A stretch of 63,353 nucleotides of DNA, the filler included, from Malassezia furfur (lineage: Eukaryota), in the NCBI GenBank assembly GCA_052055015.1. It is 14 parts of 14 records of this genome, joined end to end, with 100 filler letters (N's around TTAATTAATTAA, not from the genome) between each part and the next. Parts side by side here need not be neighbours in the genome. Positions count along the whole stretch, not along the records: positions 31,892 to 36,315 come from JBQJIT010000677.1; positions 36,416 to 40,838 come from JBQJIT010000678.1; positions 40,939 to 45,359 come from JBQJIT010000679.1; positions 45,460 to 49,880 come from JBQJIT010000680.1; 10 more parts are not named here. One strand, given 5' to 3'. Positions 34,833 through 45,702 of this stretch are shown here, piece by piece (the first letter of the stretch is position 1; each line of letters begins with the position of its first letter). The position numbers were made by a program, and so were the translations under genes. Below the pieces are notes generated by a model, which had not been told where the DNA came from, did not search any database, and saw only the letters and a list, made by a program, of their open reading frames with translations.

Positions 34833-35987
34833 TTACTTGCGCTTCGCCAGCTTGGGGTTCGACGTGCGGCTCGCCTTCTTGTTCGCGCCCACACGGCTGC
34901 CGCGCTCGCGCTGGCGCGTCGAGGCACTCAGGTCGCTCAGCACCTTCTTCTTGCCGCGGTTCTTGTTCTTGACGTTGGCGTGCGTGTAGTAGTTCTCCGC
35001 CTTGCGCTTGCTCGTCGTCATGCGCTTCTCCTTCGGCGCGGGCTCCGGCGAGGAGGACACGGAGCGCGCACGCGCCTCGCGCGCCTTGGGCGCCTGGCCG
35101 GAGAAGACGTCTTCCCACGCGAGGTTCTCAAACTCGTCCTCGTCGTCCTCGTCGTCCTCGTCGTCGTCCTCGGCACCCTCCAGCTCAATCTCCTCGTCCT
35201 CGTCCTCGTCCTCGTCCAGATCCGCGCCGTCGTCCGCGGGCTCAGCGCCCGGCAGCGGCGCAAAGTCGTCCGGCACACCGCCCTCGCGGTCCTCTGCCGA
35301 GAACTTGGTCGCGACCGGGATCTGCTGGATCGGCTGCTCGACGCCGCGGACGCGCGGCTCGGCGGCGTCCACGTCGGAGGTGGGGGGGAGCGGCGGCGGC
35401 ACAAAGAAGGGGATCTTGCCGCGGATCCAGTCGTTCAGCACCATCTTGGCCGCCGTATCGAGGTCCGGCTCACCACCACGCAGCAGTTTGCCCATGCGCG
35501 TGCACAGCTGCGCCAGGAAGTCTTCGGCGTCGCGCCACGACTGCAGGTTGTAGGTGCGCTTGATGTACTCGGGCTTGACGCGGCTCAGCACCGCGGCAAT
35601 GTGCTCGCTAGGCGTCTCGAGGTTCTCGACACGCACGACACCTTTGAGCACGGTGCCGGTTTCCGAGTCGTGTGCACTCACCGGCACAATGCCGGGGCAG
35701 TCGATCAGGTAGATGCGGCGCATCAGCGAGATGTACTGCCACACCTTGGTCTCGCCGGGGATCGGCGCAACGTTGCACACCTTCTTCTTCTTGAGCGTGT
35801 TGATGATGGAGCTCTTGCCGACGTTGGGGTAGCCGACAAACCCGACACTGATCTGCTTCTTGTCGGAATGCAGCTGGCTGAACTGGCGCAGGAGCTGGAT
35901 CAGGCTGCCTTTGCCGAAGCTGTGGTTGATGGAGGCATGGAAGGCGAGCGTAGGAAACTCGCGCGAGAGGACTTTGATCCAGCGGGC
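34833..35987 (-). CDS. NOG2: Nucleolar GTPase Nog2, last exon (upstream exon lies off the contig)
   Basis: After the ACTAAC-GCCAG acceptor (CAG at 35990-35988): [19 protein letters not shown]...[12 protein letters not shown]...[15 protein letters not shown]...GETKVWQY...LIDCPG. Confidence 0.95.
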   Translation of the reverse strand, partial: ARWIKVLSREFPTLAFHASINHSFGKGSLIQLLRQFSQLHSDKKQISVGFVGYPNVGKSSIINTLKKKKVCNVAPIPGETKVWQYISLMRRIYLIDCPGIVPVSAHDSETGTVLKGVVRVENLETPSEHIAAVLSRVKPEYIKRTYNLQSWRDAEDFLAQLCTRMGKLLRGGEPDLDTAAKMVLNDWIRGKIPFFVPPPLPPTSDVDAAEPRVRGVEQPIQQIPVATKFSAEDREGGVPDDFAPLPGAEPADDGADLDEDEDEDEEIELEGAEDDDEDDEDDEDEFENLAWEDVFSGQAPKAREARARSVSSSPEPAPKEKRMTTSKRKAENYYTHANVKNKNRGKKKVLSDLSASTRQRERGSRVGANKKASRTSNPKLAKRK

Positions 35988-36031
35988 CTGGCGTTAGTCG
36001 GTTCTTTCGCATGGGGGGAAGGGGGAGAGGG

Positions 36032-36289
36032 GAATGTTCGTCGTGGACCGGCATGCACGACACGACCGCTACCCTTGTGACGGGGCGCAGTCGCCGCCCA
36101 CGCACGGCCCGGACGTCGCGCACAGGTCGTCCTCCCCACTCCGGTCCTCAATGGCGGGAGAGAACTTGGGAGGGGTGCCGAAACACGATGGAGGCCGGGT
36201 CCTGCTTGCGTTACTCTTCCACATTCGTAACAGCGCTGCACCATTAGACACGAGGGTGTCGGCCGCAGCACTTGACAAGAATTGTGGGG
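36032..36289 (-). ncRNA. SNR191: Box H/ACA snoRNA, snR191/U19-like, inside the NOG2 intron
   Basis: 5' hairpin with lower stem CCACAAUUC/GAAUGUGG, pocket UGUCA...GUUAC and upper stem AGUGCUGC/GCAGCGCU. H box AGAGUA (36217-36212) lies 14 nt from the top of the pocket, and ACA is at 36037-36035. Yeast NOG2 hosts snR191 in its intron. Confidence 0.8.
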
Positions 36290-36493
36290 CTGACACCCCA
36301 CAATTCTTGTCAAGTNNNNNNNNNNNNNNNNNNNNNNNNNNNNNNNNNNNNNNNNNNNNTTAATTAATTAANNNNNNNNNNNNNNNNNNNNNNNNNNNNN
36401 NNNNNNNNNNNNNNNCGCACCGGCGCGCCGCACACCGCTGCAGGCGCTCCGTGCGGGCTTTTCCGCGCGCCGCGGCGCATCGCACGCGCCCAC

Positions 36494-38536
36494 ATGGTGA
36501 GAAGAACGTCGATTCGGCCGAGCGGCGTCGTGTTGACCCCCATGGCGGAGTACGACGAGGAGCCGCTGCTGGGCACGCCCGCGCGCGCCGATGGCGTGCA
36601 GGCGCTGCACCTTGAGGAGCCGGTGGCGCCGCCGCCGCGGCGCTACCTCTATGCGCCGATCTCGTACGAGCAGGCGACCGCGCCGCGCCGGCCGTGGTGG
36701 CACCCGCTGCGGTGGCACGCGGCGTGGCAGGAACACGCGCACGTCCTCGATGTGCTGCGCCCCTCGCCCAAGGTGCGCACCGTCCTTGCGCGCACGCGGT
36801 GGTTCCTGCGTGCTGCGTGGCCGCACAACCGCATGCACCAGACCATCCTGATCGTGTTTGCGCTGTGGATCATGGTGAGCTACGTGAGCTTTAGTGTCGA
36901 CGAAGTGCTTCCCGCGGGCCCCGTGGACGACCGCATCTACTCGGGCTATGCGCAGCTCCTGCTGGACGAGCTGGCGGACGTGCATCCCGCGCCTGCGCCC
37001 GGCGACGGCGTCGTGACCCAAAATGCGACATGGGCGCCCGAGTACTGCTACTCGCGCGGCAAGCCGCTGCGCCTGTTTGACGCCGTCGGGTGCAAGACGG
37101 CGACCAGCTTCACGATCGATGCAGTGCCGAACAAAAATTCGATGATCTCTACCGACACGTCGTTCCTGTACATCGACCGTGGGCGGCCGGTGCCGGATGC
37201 GGACGAGGCGCCCAAGAACACGCGCGATGTGCCGCTCGCCGCGCGGCCGGCACCCGCGCAGGTGTACGTGCGTGCGCAGGATCCACACGGGCCGCTCGCG
37301 GGACAGCACAAAATTGAGGTGAACATCACCGCGACCTTTTTCCGGCCGGCGCGCGTGCTATTCGACCACACGCTGGTGGCCAAAGTCGAGCGCGGCCACG
37401 GTACACAGGGCATCGAGATTCGGTCGCCGGTGGTGAGCGAGCACGCGCATCTCGAGACAGAGCCGCTGCAGTTCGATGTGACCATCAGCGTCCCGCCCGA
37501 GACGGTCGCGGGTCTCGAGATCGAGGCGCCGAACGCCGACGTGCAGCTCTTCACCGAGCTTGCGCAGGCATCCACCAACGACCCTGCGCACCTGAGCGAC
37601 GACGTACGCGGCGTATTTGCGCTGCTCCTCGGTGACTCGCGCACGGACTCGGGCAAGGCACCCGCGCCGCCCGCGGCGCTCCCTGCCGAGCACTTTTTCG
37701 GGCACGTCAGCGTGCAGACGGACGTGGGCGAGATTGTCGCCGCCTCGCACGTGCGCTCCAACTCGCTGCTGCGCCTCGCGACGCGCCGCGGTGACCTGAC
37801 CGTCCAGGGCACGCTCACGAGCCCTGTGCTGCAACTCGACACGGCGTCGGGGCGCATTGCCTACGTACGCCCCGGCATGTCGTACGCAAGCCGCTCGTCG
37901 GAGCTCACCACGCGCACGGGTGACATTGTTCTCGACGCGGGCACGCACGTCTCGGGCGTACGTAGCCGCGCGACGTCCGCCTCGGGTGCGATCGTCGGCA
38001 GCGGCACGTGGCATGCGAACCTGTCGCTCGCGCTCACCACGGGCCCCGGTGCGCTGAACGCGTCCGTCGCCGTACACCACCCGCTGCTGCGAAACGTCGA
38101 ATACAGCGACTACCTGGCATCGGAGCACGGGCGACGCGTGGACAATGCGTTTGTGTCGCAGAACGGCTCGGTGTCGGTGCGCTACGTGGAGCACGAAGCA
38201 GGCGTCCCGCTGCGCACCTCGGCGACGAGCGCGGGCAACGTCACGATGCGCCTCGCGCCCACCTATGAGGGGCCACTCAGCGCGCGGGGGCGCGTCGCGT
38301 TCACCACCCACGTCCCGTTCCCCGCGGGGCGGCACTGGGACGCGGCTACCCGCGGCAGGGAGGGCGGCCAGGTCGTCGCAAATGCGACGACCTACTGGGA
38401 CGATGCGGCGCGCCCCCCGCTCGCGCCGCCCATCGATGCGCAGCCCCTCATTGAAGCAGGCAAGTCGGTGCTCTCCTACGGGCCGCACGCGACGTTGACA
38501 TCGCTCGACGCCGAGGCCCAATTGATTGTGACATGA
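36494..38536 (+). CDS. Hypothetical type II membrane protein with repetitive beta-strand (DUF4097/adhesin-like) ectodomain
   Basis: 680-aa ORF with one TM segment (TILIVFALWIMVSYV) and repeated TxxGxI motifs (TDVGEI, TRRGDL, TASGRI, TRTGDI, SASGAI). Confidence 0.7.
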   Translation: MVRRTSIRPSGVVLTPMAEYDEEPLLGTPARADGVQALHLEEPVAPPPRRYLYAPISYEQATAPRRPWWHPLRWHAAWQEHAHVLDVLRPSPKVRTVLARTRWFLRAAWPHNRMHQTILIVFALWIMVSYVSFSVDEVLPAGPVDDRIYSGYAQLLLDELADVHPAPAPGDGVVTQNATWAPEYCYSRGKPLRLFDAVGCKTATSFTIDAVPNKNSMISTDTSFLYIDRGRPVPDADEAPKNTRDVPLAARPAPAQVYVRAQDPHGPLAGQHKIEVNITATFFRPARVLFDHTLVAKVERGHGTQGIEIRSPVVSEHAHLETEPLQFDVTISVPPETVAGLEIEAPNADVQLFTELAQASTNDPAHLSDDVRGVFALLLGDSRTDSGKAPAPPAALPAEHFFGHVSVQTDVGEIVAASHVRSNSLLRLATRRGDLTVQGTLTSPVLQLDTASGRIAYVRPGMSYASRSSELTTRTGDIVLDAGTHVSGVRSRATSASGAIVGSGTWHANLSLALTTGPGALNASVAVHHPLLRNVEYSDYLASEHGRRVDNAFVSQNGSVSVRYVEHEAGVPLRTSATSAGNVTMRLAPTYEGPLSARGRVAFTTHVPFPAGRHWDAATRGREGGQVVANATTYWDDAARPPLAPPIDAQPLIEAGKSVLSYGPHATLTSLDAEAQLIVT

Positions 38537-38571
38537 TGTACAAAATGTGTGCGTATATACCTTTCACCTTT

Positions 38572-39813
38572 CTATAGTGATGCAAGACGTTCGAGGAGGT
38601 CGGGCGGTACCTTGCGCGGCCGCCGCGCGCCGCGTGGCTCATGGGCCAGTACCGTGCGCAGCGCCGTGCGCGACGACGGCATCCCCGGGCGGGGCGACGT
38701 GCCGCGCGCATTTTCGTCGCGCGACGTGCTGTGCGCCGGAGCCGCCAGCGCCCCGTCCACGTCTTCCGTGGCAGACCGCGAAACCGACACACCCAGCCGT
38801 GTGTACTCTTCGACAAACGCCCCAAGGGCCACCATCGCACTCGCATCGAATGCATGCAGCATGGGCCGCGCATACCCCAGCGAATGCGCGGCCCAAAAGC
38901 GCCACACGTCGTCGCCGACATCCATCGCAAGCAGCGGCGGTGCCGCGGCACGCAGCGCGCGGCATGCGGCCGCATCGGCGGGGGGTGGGTACGGAGGTAG
39001 CTGCCCCTGCGTCTCGTAGTACTTGGCCACAAAATAGTGCAGGGACAAGAGCATCGATGTGTCCGGAATGCGCTCGTCTCGCTCGTCCAGGAACGGCCAC
39101 CCATGTGCGTACTGGTTCCAAGCCTCTTCGTCACGTTGCGTCCAGGCAAAGACGCTGGGCAGGAGCGGTCCAGGTACGTCAGACGCACACGGCACCGGCG
39201 ATGCTGCCGCGTGCACACCTAGTGACACTGTGCCCGGCTCGCTGCCCGTCTCCGCCTCCTGCCGGGCTTGGAGCGCCATAACGCGGCGCGTCGTGCCGCG
39301 GTCGGTGCGCAGCGACGAGGTCCGCTGCGAGTAGGCCACGAGCCGGTCGAATTCGCGGCCTGCGAGAGGAATGCGTGACTGCATTGGGCCACGCAGGGCT
39401 CCATGCCGCCGCGACGGTTTCCAGTACGGGGATGCACGCTCCACGGCACCGTCCACGAGCCGCTGCCGGCGACGGCGCACGGCGGTTTCGGACGGCGGGG
39501 CTGTGCCCGGCGCATCCTGCGGCGGGGTATCCTGACGCAGCACCATCGCCTGGAATGCCAGGTCGGTGGGCTGGCTACGTTTCGACGTACTAGACGAGGA
39601 GCCGTCGTCCTCGCCGGGCGCCTCGGTACGAAGGCGCGCCGCGTCCAGGCCGAGGTCGGCGGGTGTGCCGAGCTCGACGGGGATATTGCGTACGCCATAT
39701 AGTGAGCGTACACCGCTCACATGGGTCTGTCCTGGTGGCACATCCAGGCCAAACAACGTCGACCAGCGCAGCGCCGCAACGTCCCACGGCGTGCCAGTCC
39801 GCCGGCCGGCCAT
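38572..39813 (-). CDS. Hypothetical protein with a C-terminal motif resembling Pol I UAF subunit Rrn10
   Basis: IPDTSMLLSLHYFVAKYY...MLHAFDASAMVALGAFVEE resembles the Rrn10 pattern (lHYFA...AFDEtal.aLG..iE). The family call is tentative. Confidence 0.55.
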   Translation of the reverse strand: MAGRRTGTPWDVAALRWSTLFGLDVPPGQTHVSGVRSLYGVRNIPVELGTPADLGLDAARLRTEAPGEDDGSSSSTSKRSQPTDLAFQAMVLRQDTPPQDAPGTAPPSETAVRRRRQRLVDGAVERASPYWKPSRRHGALRGPMQSRIPLAGREFDRLVAYSQRTSSLRTDRGTTRRVMALQARQEAETGSEPGTVSLGVHAAASPVPCASDVPGPLLPSVFAWTQRDEEAWNQYAHGWPFLDERDERIPDTSMLLSLHYFVAKYYETQGQLPPYPPPADAAACRALRAAAPPLLAMDVGDDVWRFWAAHSLGYARPMLHAFDASAMVALGAFVEEYTRLGVSVSRSATEDVDGALAAPAHSTSRDENARGTSPRPGMPSSRTALRTVLAHEPRGARRPRKVPPDLLERLASL

Positions 39814-39862
39814 GGAAGTCCCTCCACCTGCTCCAAAATTTACGGCGAATCGCTACGGTGCG

Positions 39863-40700
39863 TCAGGCAAAAAACAGCGCGTGGAGCTGCTTCATGGTGT
39901 CCTCCGGGCTCGTGACCGTGTGGCCAATCACGCGCGGGTGCGAAAAGATCTCGTGGTCGTTGCCGCCCTTGAACGTCTTGTCGCCGAAGAAGTGAATCTC
40001 TTTGTAGCCGCCGGGCAGCACATCGTCGGCCTCCTGGAGGTGCTGCAGCGCAAACGTCTTGTCCCACCCTTCGGGGAACACGTCGAAGCTGATCTGGCCG
40101 CCGATGCTGTAGGTCAGGCCATAGTCGGGAAACTCCTTCTTGAGCGCCTCGACAAAGTCGCGACGGATGTGGTGCTCGTTGTCGTAGTTCTGGAAATCGA
40201 TGCGCTCCTGGATGCTGCGCGGTGAGCGCAGCGACGTACCTCGCATTGCGTCCAATCGGGCTCACATTCACCATGCCCCGGCGGAACTCGACAAACGTGC
40301 CGCGCATAATCGGCAAGTCAAGCTTCGAGATGTACGCCAGGACAGATTTGACCAGCTTCTTGTACTTCTCCTCGCCGAGCCAGTTGATGAACGACTCGCT
40401 CGGCAGCTCCTTGGCCATGCGGTACGCCGTCAGGCCGTTCTCGGCAAACCCGTAATCGAAGTCCTCCAAAACTGCATTAGCTTCGCACGTACAGTTCTCC
40501 GCGCCGGGCAGCTGCAGCTGCTCGCGGATCTTGTCGAGATCACTGCCCCCCACGAAGCCCGTCGCGGTGTAGTCGCGCAGCTTCTTGAGCACATCGAGCA
40601 TCTCGGGCGACACCGTCTGCCGTGCTGGCGTCAGCGTGCCGTCGACATCAAACAGGCAAATGACACCCGGGTTCTTGCGCTGCGCCAGAGGAAGCACCAT
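39863..40700 (-). CDS. SEC53: Phosphomannomutase; introns 40472-40492 (21 nt, in-frame) and 40215-40239 (25 nt)
   Basis: [63 protein letters not shown] and [12 protein letters not shown]. Confidence 0.96.
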
Positions 40701-40987
40701 GACGGATAGGAAAGCTACGGAAACGTCCACCGTGCACGGCCCCGTACACGTCGCGACACTACACGGGGTCCGCACGTGACATGCCCGGGCGCGGGGGGGG
40801 TGGGCCTGGCGGCGGCGGCGCCGAGGTGCAAGGCGGCGNNNNNNNNNNNNNNNNNNNNNNNNNNNNNNNNNNNNNNNNNNNNTTAATTAATTAANNNNNN
40901 NNNNNNNNNNNNNNNNNNNNNNNNNNNNNNNNNNNNNNCGTTCTGGGGGAAAAGGGAATTTCATTCAGGGCCCACGTGGGGCCGCAA

Positions 40988-43359
40988 CTAGTCTACAATC
41001 ACATCGAGCTGATTACGCCGGCGGGCGCGGCTGTCATCCAGCGCCATCGCCAGGTCTTCGTCATCGAGCATCAGCACACGGTCGCCGTCCTCGTCCACAT
41101 AGTACAGGCGCAGATGCGCCGCACCGCCGTTCGGCAGTCCCGTCGGGCTCGCGCGGTACGGCCCGACTCGCTCGACCACCTGCTCGTACAGTGCAGGGAA
41201 CGAGTCGGTGTCGAGCAGCAGCACCTGGCTCTTGGTGTCCCCGTGCTGCACCCGTACCTGCATCGGCGCTGTCATGAGCGGCGACCCGGGCGTCGCCGGC
41301 GTGACCGGCGTCGTCACATACGGGTCACCGCCATTCGGCACCGTGGGGATGCTGCTTCGGCTGCTCGGCGGTCCCACGACGCTGCTCTCGCTCGTGCGCT
41401 GCGTCGCTGGCGAGGAGTGCAGGCTGAACGAGTTGGTGCGTGAGCCGCCGGCGGGCCGGGCGTTGTCGGTCGCAGAGGCGCCCGCCGAGGGCGGACCCGC
41501 CGGGATCGACGGGAAGTACGGATTCCACCCGCCCACGGGCGAGACAGAGGCAGGCGTCGACGGCTCCTCGGGTGCGACGGCGCGTCCGACGGCGCCGTCG
41601 GACGAGGTGCGCTGCATCGGCAGCAGGCCGGGGTGCGAGGGGATCGACGCCGAGCGTCCAGCGGCCATGCCCTTGCGCTGCACGGGCACGGAGCTGATGT
41701 TCATCCCGAGCATGTCCTGCTCGAGCGGGTCGGTGGGCAGCACAAGCTGTGCGGGGATCTTTTTGATGCGCGGCAGTGGCGTCGCACTGGCGCTGCGGGC
41801 AAGCAGCGAGGCCTGGGCGTGGGGCGGCACCGCCGAGGCGCCTGCCGGCGCGCTAGAGCCACTCACCGACGGGCGTGCCGACGGCGGCACACTCGGCGCG
41901 CCCGTCGCCGGCTTGCCCTGTGGCACGATCGACTTGGGCGACGCAACAAGGCCCGAGGCGAACGCATCCTCGCGCGGGTCGCGCGGGGTGTAGCCGGCCC
42001 ACGACTCGTGGATCGGCTTGGCGCGCTCGTCGAGCGGGACGCGCCCCTCGAGCAGGGCCATTGCGTCGGTCTCGGTATAGGAGCGTGCCGGGGGGTGGGG
42101 GATGGTGGGGGTCATGAAGCCGCTGGGCAGATCGGTGGGCAAATCGTCGTCGCTGCGCTGGCTCGACTGGCTCGGCTCGCGCTGGCACAGGCGCCGCGGC
42201 ATGCCGTGGTCTCCGCCCGGCGTGCCGACGATCGGCGTGGCGACCTGCATAAACGCTGCGCCCCGCGCGCTGGGGCGCGTAAAGTGCGAGCTCGAGAGGT
42301 TCAGATGGAGGGGGTGCGGCGGGTGCGACGAGGTGGGCGTCGTGGCCTGCGACAAGCTGTGCTGCCGGCGCAGCGCGAGGTCGTCGAGGAGCTTTTGGAG
42401 CGCGCCCTGCCACAGGCGCAGCTGCTCGTCGTTCTTGCACTTGAGGCTGAACGATTCGACCTCCGACTCGCCGCGCCACCACACCTGCGGCGCATAGGTG
42501 CCCACCGGGTGGTCCGGAAAGCCGCCCGCGCGACCCACGGCATTNNNNNNNNNNNNNNNNNNNNNNNNNNNNNNNNNNNNNNNNNNNNNNNNNNNNNNNN
42601 NNNNNNNNNNNNNNNNNNNNNNNNNNNNNNNNNNNNNNNNNNNNCCGTCTGATACAGGCCCATCGCAAAGTTTTGCATGATCTCCAGGTCATGCACATAC
42701 TTGCGCTCCGACTCGAGCAGCTCGCGCACGACGTGCATGCGCTGGTCGACGGGCGCCTCGAGAAAGTCGTTACTCGTGTGGCGCACGCTCGGCGCGACGC
42801 TCATCAGCAGATTCTGCTCTGCGAGGAGGTCGAGCAGCTTGTTCACGGTGCGGATCACACGCACGAACCCATTGGTGTCGTTCAGATAAAGCTGTGACAC
42901 GGTGAACGTGTCGTCCGGGTCCCACCCAAGCCGCTCCTTGAGCGCGATGAGGAAGCGCATCACGAGCGCCTTGCACGCGTTGGCATTGCTCAGGTTCGTG
43001 TCGACCGTCAGCGGAATCTCGGCAACGCGGGGTGACAGCTGGTTGTACAGTTTGCACAGCGGCGTACCGAGCCGGAAGCACTGCCAGAGATGCGTGACCG
43101 GATCAAACTGCATCTGCGGCACGCCGTTGGGCCGTGTGTCCGTGGCGCCGGGCGACGGCGCCGCGCTGGGCTCGAGAAACTCGGTCCCAAACCCCGGGAC
43201 ACACCAGAGGCGCTCGCGGAGCGACACGCAGCTCTGGTACAGGCCGGACCCCGGAGACGCCTGTTTGTTCATGAGCGTGTTGGCGGGTACGGGCGCAGTG
43301 GGTGTCGTGCGCACACCGGGCGCACCTGCCCCGACGCTGCCGTCCGCGGCGCCGCCCAT
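40988..43359 (-). CDS. CDC24: Cdc42 guanine nucleotide exchange factor Cdc24/Scd1 (CH-DH-PH-PB1), interrupted by an assembly gap
   Basis: CH domain (DPVTHLWQCFRLGTPLCKLYN), DH start (VVRELLESERKYVHDLE), PH end (SFSLKCKNDEQLRLW) and PB1 (LYYVDEDGDRVLMLDDEDL). Confidence 0.92.
42545..42644. other. Intra-scaffold gap (100 N, no linker) hiding most of the Cdc24 DH-PH region
   Basis: Pure N run. The DH start and PH end flank it, so the true gap is far longer than 100 bp. Confidence 0.9.
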
Positions 43360-43543
43360 CGTCACCAGCGGAGAGAGACCAGGCGGCGGCGGCGCCGACG
43401 CCCGGCCGAGGCGTCACGCGTCCGCGATTGGCGCCCCGCCACGCGGCGGGGGCCACTGCGGCGCGATTGGATCACGTGATGCTTACGTGCGCTTCCACCG
43501 TGGCACCCCGCGCGCACCGTGCGCTCGGCGCTTCTTTGCCACG

Positions 43544-45031
43544 ATGCGTGCGATTGTTCAAGCAGCTGTGGCGGCCGCACTCGCCGTTGTTGGCGTGTGT
43601 GCCGCCGACGAAAAGTCGAATGTAGGGAGTCTGACGACCGCCGGCTTCGGCAAGTGGGTCGCAGACGAGCCGCTCGCGCTCGTCGAGTTCTTCGCGCCGT
43701 GGTGCGGTCACTGCCAGGCACTGGCGCCGCACTACGAGGAGGCGGCCACTGAGCTGCTCCCGAGCGGCGTCAAGCTTGCCAAGGTCGACTGCACGCAGGA
43801 AGAGTCGCTGTGCACGGAACAGGAGATCAGTGGATTCCCCACGCTCAAGGTCTTCCGCCACGGCAAGGCGACGCCCTATGCCGGCACGCGCAAGAAGGAG
43901 GGTATCGTGAGCTACATGCTCAAGCAGCAGCTCCCCGCGGTGTCCAAGGTCACCCCGGAGACCCTCGAGGACCTCAAGACCAAGGACCGCTTTGTGCTGG
44001 TCGGCTACGTCGATGCCAGTGACAAGGCGTCCGCCGAGGCGCTGCACAAGTACGCCGAGGACCACCGTGACGCATACGTTGTGGGCATCTCGCACGACAA
44101 GGACCTCGCGGCCAAGGCGGGCGCGACCTTCCCCTCGCTCGTCGCGTACCGCGCGTTTGACGATCCCGAAGTGGTGCACAAGGGCAAGGGCTCTGCGCTC
44201 ACTACTGATGAGATCGACGCGTTTGTCGCCATCGAGTCGCTGCCGCTCATCGACGAGGTGAGCGCCGAAAACTTTGCCAAGTACGCCATGTCTGGCCTGC
44301 CGCTCGCGTACTACTTTGTCGAGCCTGAGTCGCCGACGCGCCCCGAGGAGGTGAAGAAGCTCGCCCAGGTCGCCAAGGATGTCCGTGGCAAGCTCAACAT
44401 GGTGTGGATCGACGCGCTGAAGTTTGGCAGCCACGGCAAGGCGCTCAACCTCAAGGGCGACCACTGGCCTGCGTTTGTGGTGCAGGACATGGAGAACGGC
44501 GCCAAGTACCCGCTCGAGCTCGGCAAGGACATTGTGGGCAGCGTCAAGTCGTTCGTGCACCAGTTTGTCAACGGCAAGCTGAAGCCCAGCGTGAAGAGCG
44601 CGCCGATCCCCGAGAAGCAGGGCCCCGTGATCGAGGTGGTCGCCGACGAGTTCGACAAGTACGTGTTTGACGACGACCGCGACGTGCTGCTCGAGCTGTA
44701 CGCGCCGTGGTGCGGGCACTGCAAGAACCTGGCGCCCACCTACGAAAAGCTCGCCGAGGCGTACGCCGCCAGTCCGGACACGAGCAAGCGCGTGTCGATC
44801 GTCAAGATGGACGGCACTGCGAACGACGTGCCGCCGCACGCCGACATTACGCTGTCGGGCTTCCCGACGCTCCTGTTGAAGCCCGCGGGTAAGGGCGAGC
44901 GCACGTTTGTGCAGTACGGCGGCGACCGCTCGCTCGACTCGCTCATTGACTTTGTCTCGACCAAGGGCACGCACAAGGTCGCGCCCAAGGCGGGCGCCGC
45001 CGAGTCGGCCACGGCGCACGACGAGTTGTAG
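43544..45031 (+). CDS. PDI1: Protein disulfide isomerase
   Basis: Signal peptide, two APWCGHC motifs and C-terminal HDEL. Confidence 0.97.
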   Translation: MRAIVQAAVAAALAVVGVCAADEKSNVGSLTTAGFGKWVADEPLALVEFFAPWCGHCQALAPHYEEAATELLPSGVKLAKVDCTQEESLCTEQEISGFPTLKVFRHGKATPYAGTRKKEGIVSYMLKQQLPAVSKVTPETLEDLKTKDRFVLVGYVDASDKASAEALHKYAEDHRDAYVVGISHDKDLAAKAGATFPSLVAYRAFDDPEVVHKGKGSALTTDEIDAFVAIESLPLIDEVSAENFAKYAMSGLPLAYYFVEPESPTRPEEVKKLAQVAKDVRGKLNMVWIDALKFGSHGKALNLKGDHWPAFVVQDMENGAKYPLELGKDIVGSVKSFVHQFVNGKLKPSVKSAPIPEKQGPVIEVVADEFDKYVFDDDRDVLLELYAPWCGHCKNLAPTYEKLAEAYAASPDTSKRVSIVKMDGTANDVPPHADITLSGFPTLLLKPAGKGERTFVQYGGDRSLDSLIDFVSTKGTHKVAPKAGAAESATAHDEL

Positions 45032-45044
45032 ACTACAGATAGCG

Positions 45045-45359
45045 CTACAGTTTGCTCCGCTTAAACAGGCTCACGCGCCCGGCGCTGTGCACGTCGAGCA
45101 GGTGCCGTGCCACGTACGGGTTCACGAGGATCTGGTGTGGGTCGTACGCGGCCTGCACCGCGCGCCAGTCGCCCAGGTGCGGGAAGCGCTGCGCGAGCTC
45201 CACGGCGTACGACGTGTGTGTTTTGGCCCAATGGGGCCGCCCGTCAAACTGACGCATCAGCGCCTCGAAGCGCTGGAACAGGCGGCGGTAGCTCGTCGGC
45301 CAGCCGTACGGGCGGAACTGGATGATGCCAATAAAGCACGTCTTGCGCCCGTAGCAGTG
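45045..45359 (-). CDS. ALO1: D-arabinono-/L-gulono-1,4-lactone oxidase, C-terminal fragment
   Basis: CFIGIIQFRPYG...FEALMRQFDGRPHWAKTH...YDPHQILVN. GRPHWAK is the ALO domain motif. Confidence 0.85.
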   Translation of the reverse strand, partial: HCYGRKTCFIGIIQFRPYGWPTSYRRLFQRFEALMRQFDGRPHWAKTHTSYAVELAQRFPHLGDWRAVQAAYDPHQILVNPYVARHLLDVHSAGRVSLFKRSKL

Positions 45360-45702
45360 NNNNNNNNNNNNNNNNNNNNNNNNNNNNNNNNNNNNNNNNN
45401 NNNTTAATTAATTAANNNNNNNNNNNNNNNNNNNNNNNNNNNNNNNNNNNNNNNNNNNNCGCTGGCCGACCCCCTCGCGTCGCCGTGCCCGGCGCCGGTC
45501 ACGCGCGTGCGCATCACGTCGATCACGTCGGAGCGCAGCACATCGGCCCGCACGCCGTCCAGCTCGATCGCACCGCCCACGCTGCCGTCGCCGCCGCCGT
45601 CGCCGCCCGCGCACGGGATGCTGGGCGACGTGACCTGGGAGCAGATCCGTTACTAGATACCCCGCCGTCCTGGCCGTAGTCCGGTTCCCCACCTCCACCT
45701 CC

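Noticed and set aside
36270..36315. Perfect 20-bp inverted repeat with a 6-nt loop
   Set aside because: The right arm ends exactly at the contig terminus and mirrors the snoRNA 5' sequence, as expected for a fold-back or template-switch read artefact. Raw reads would settle it.
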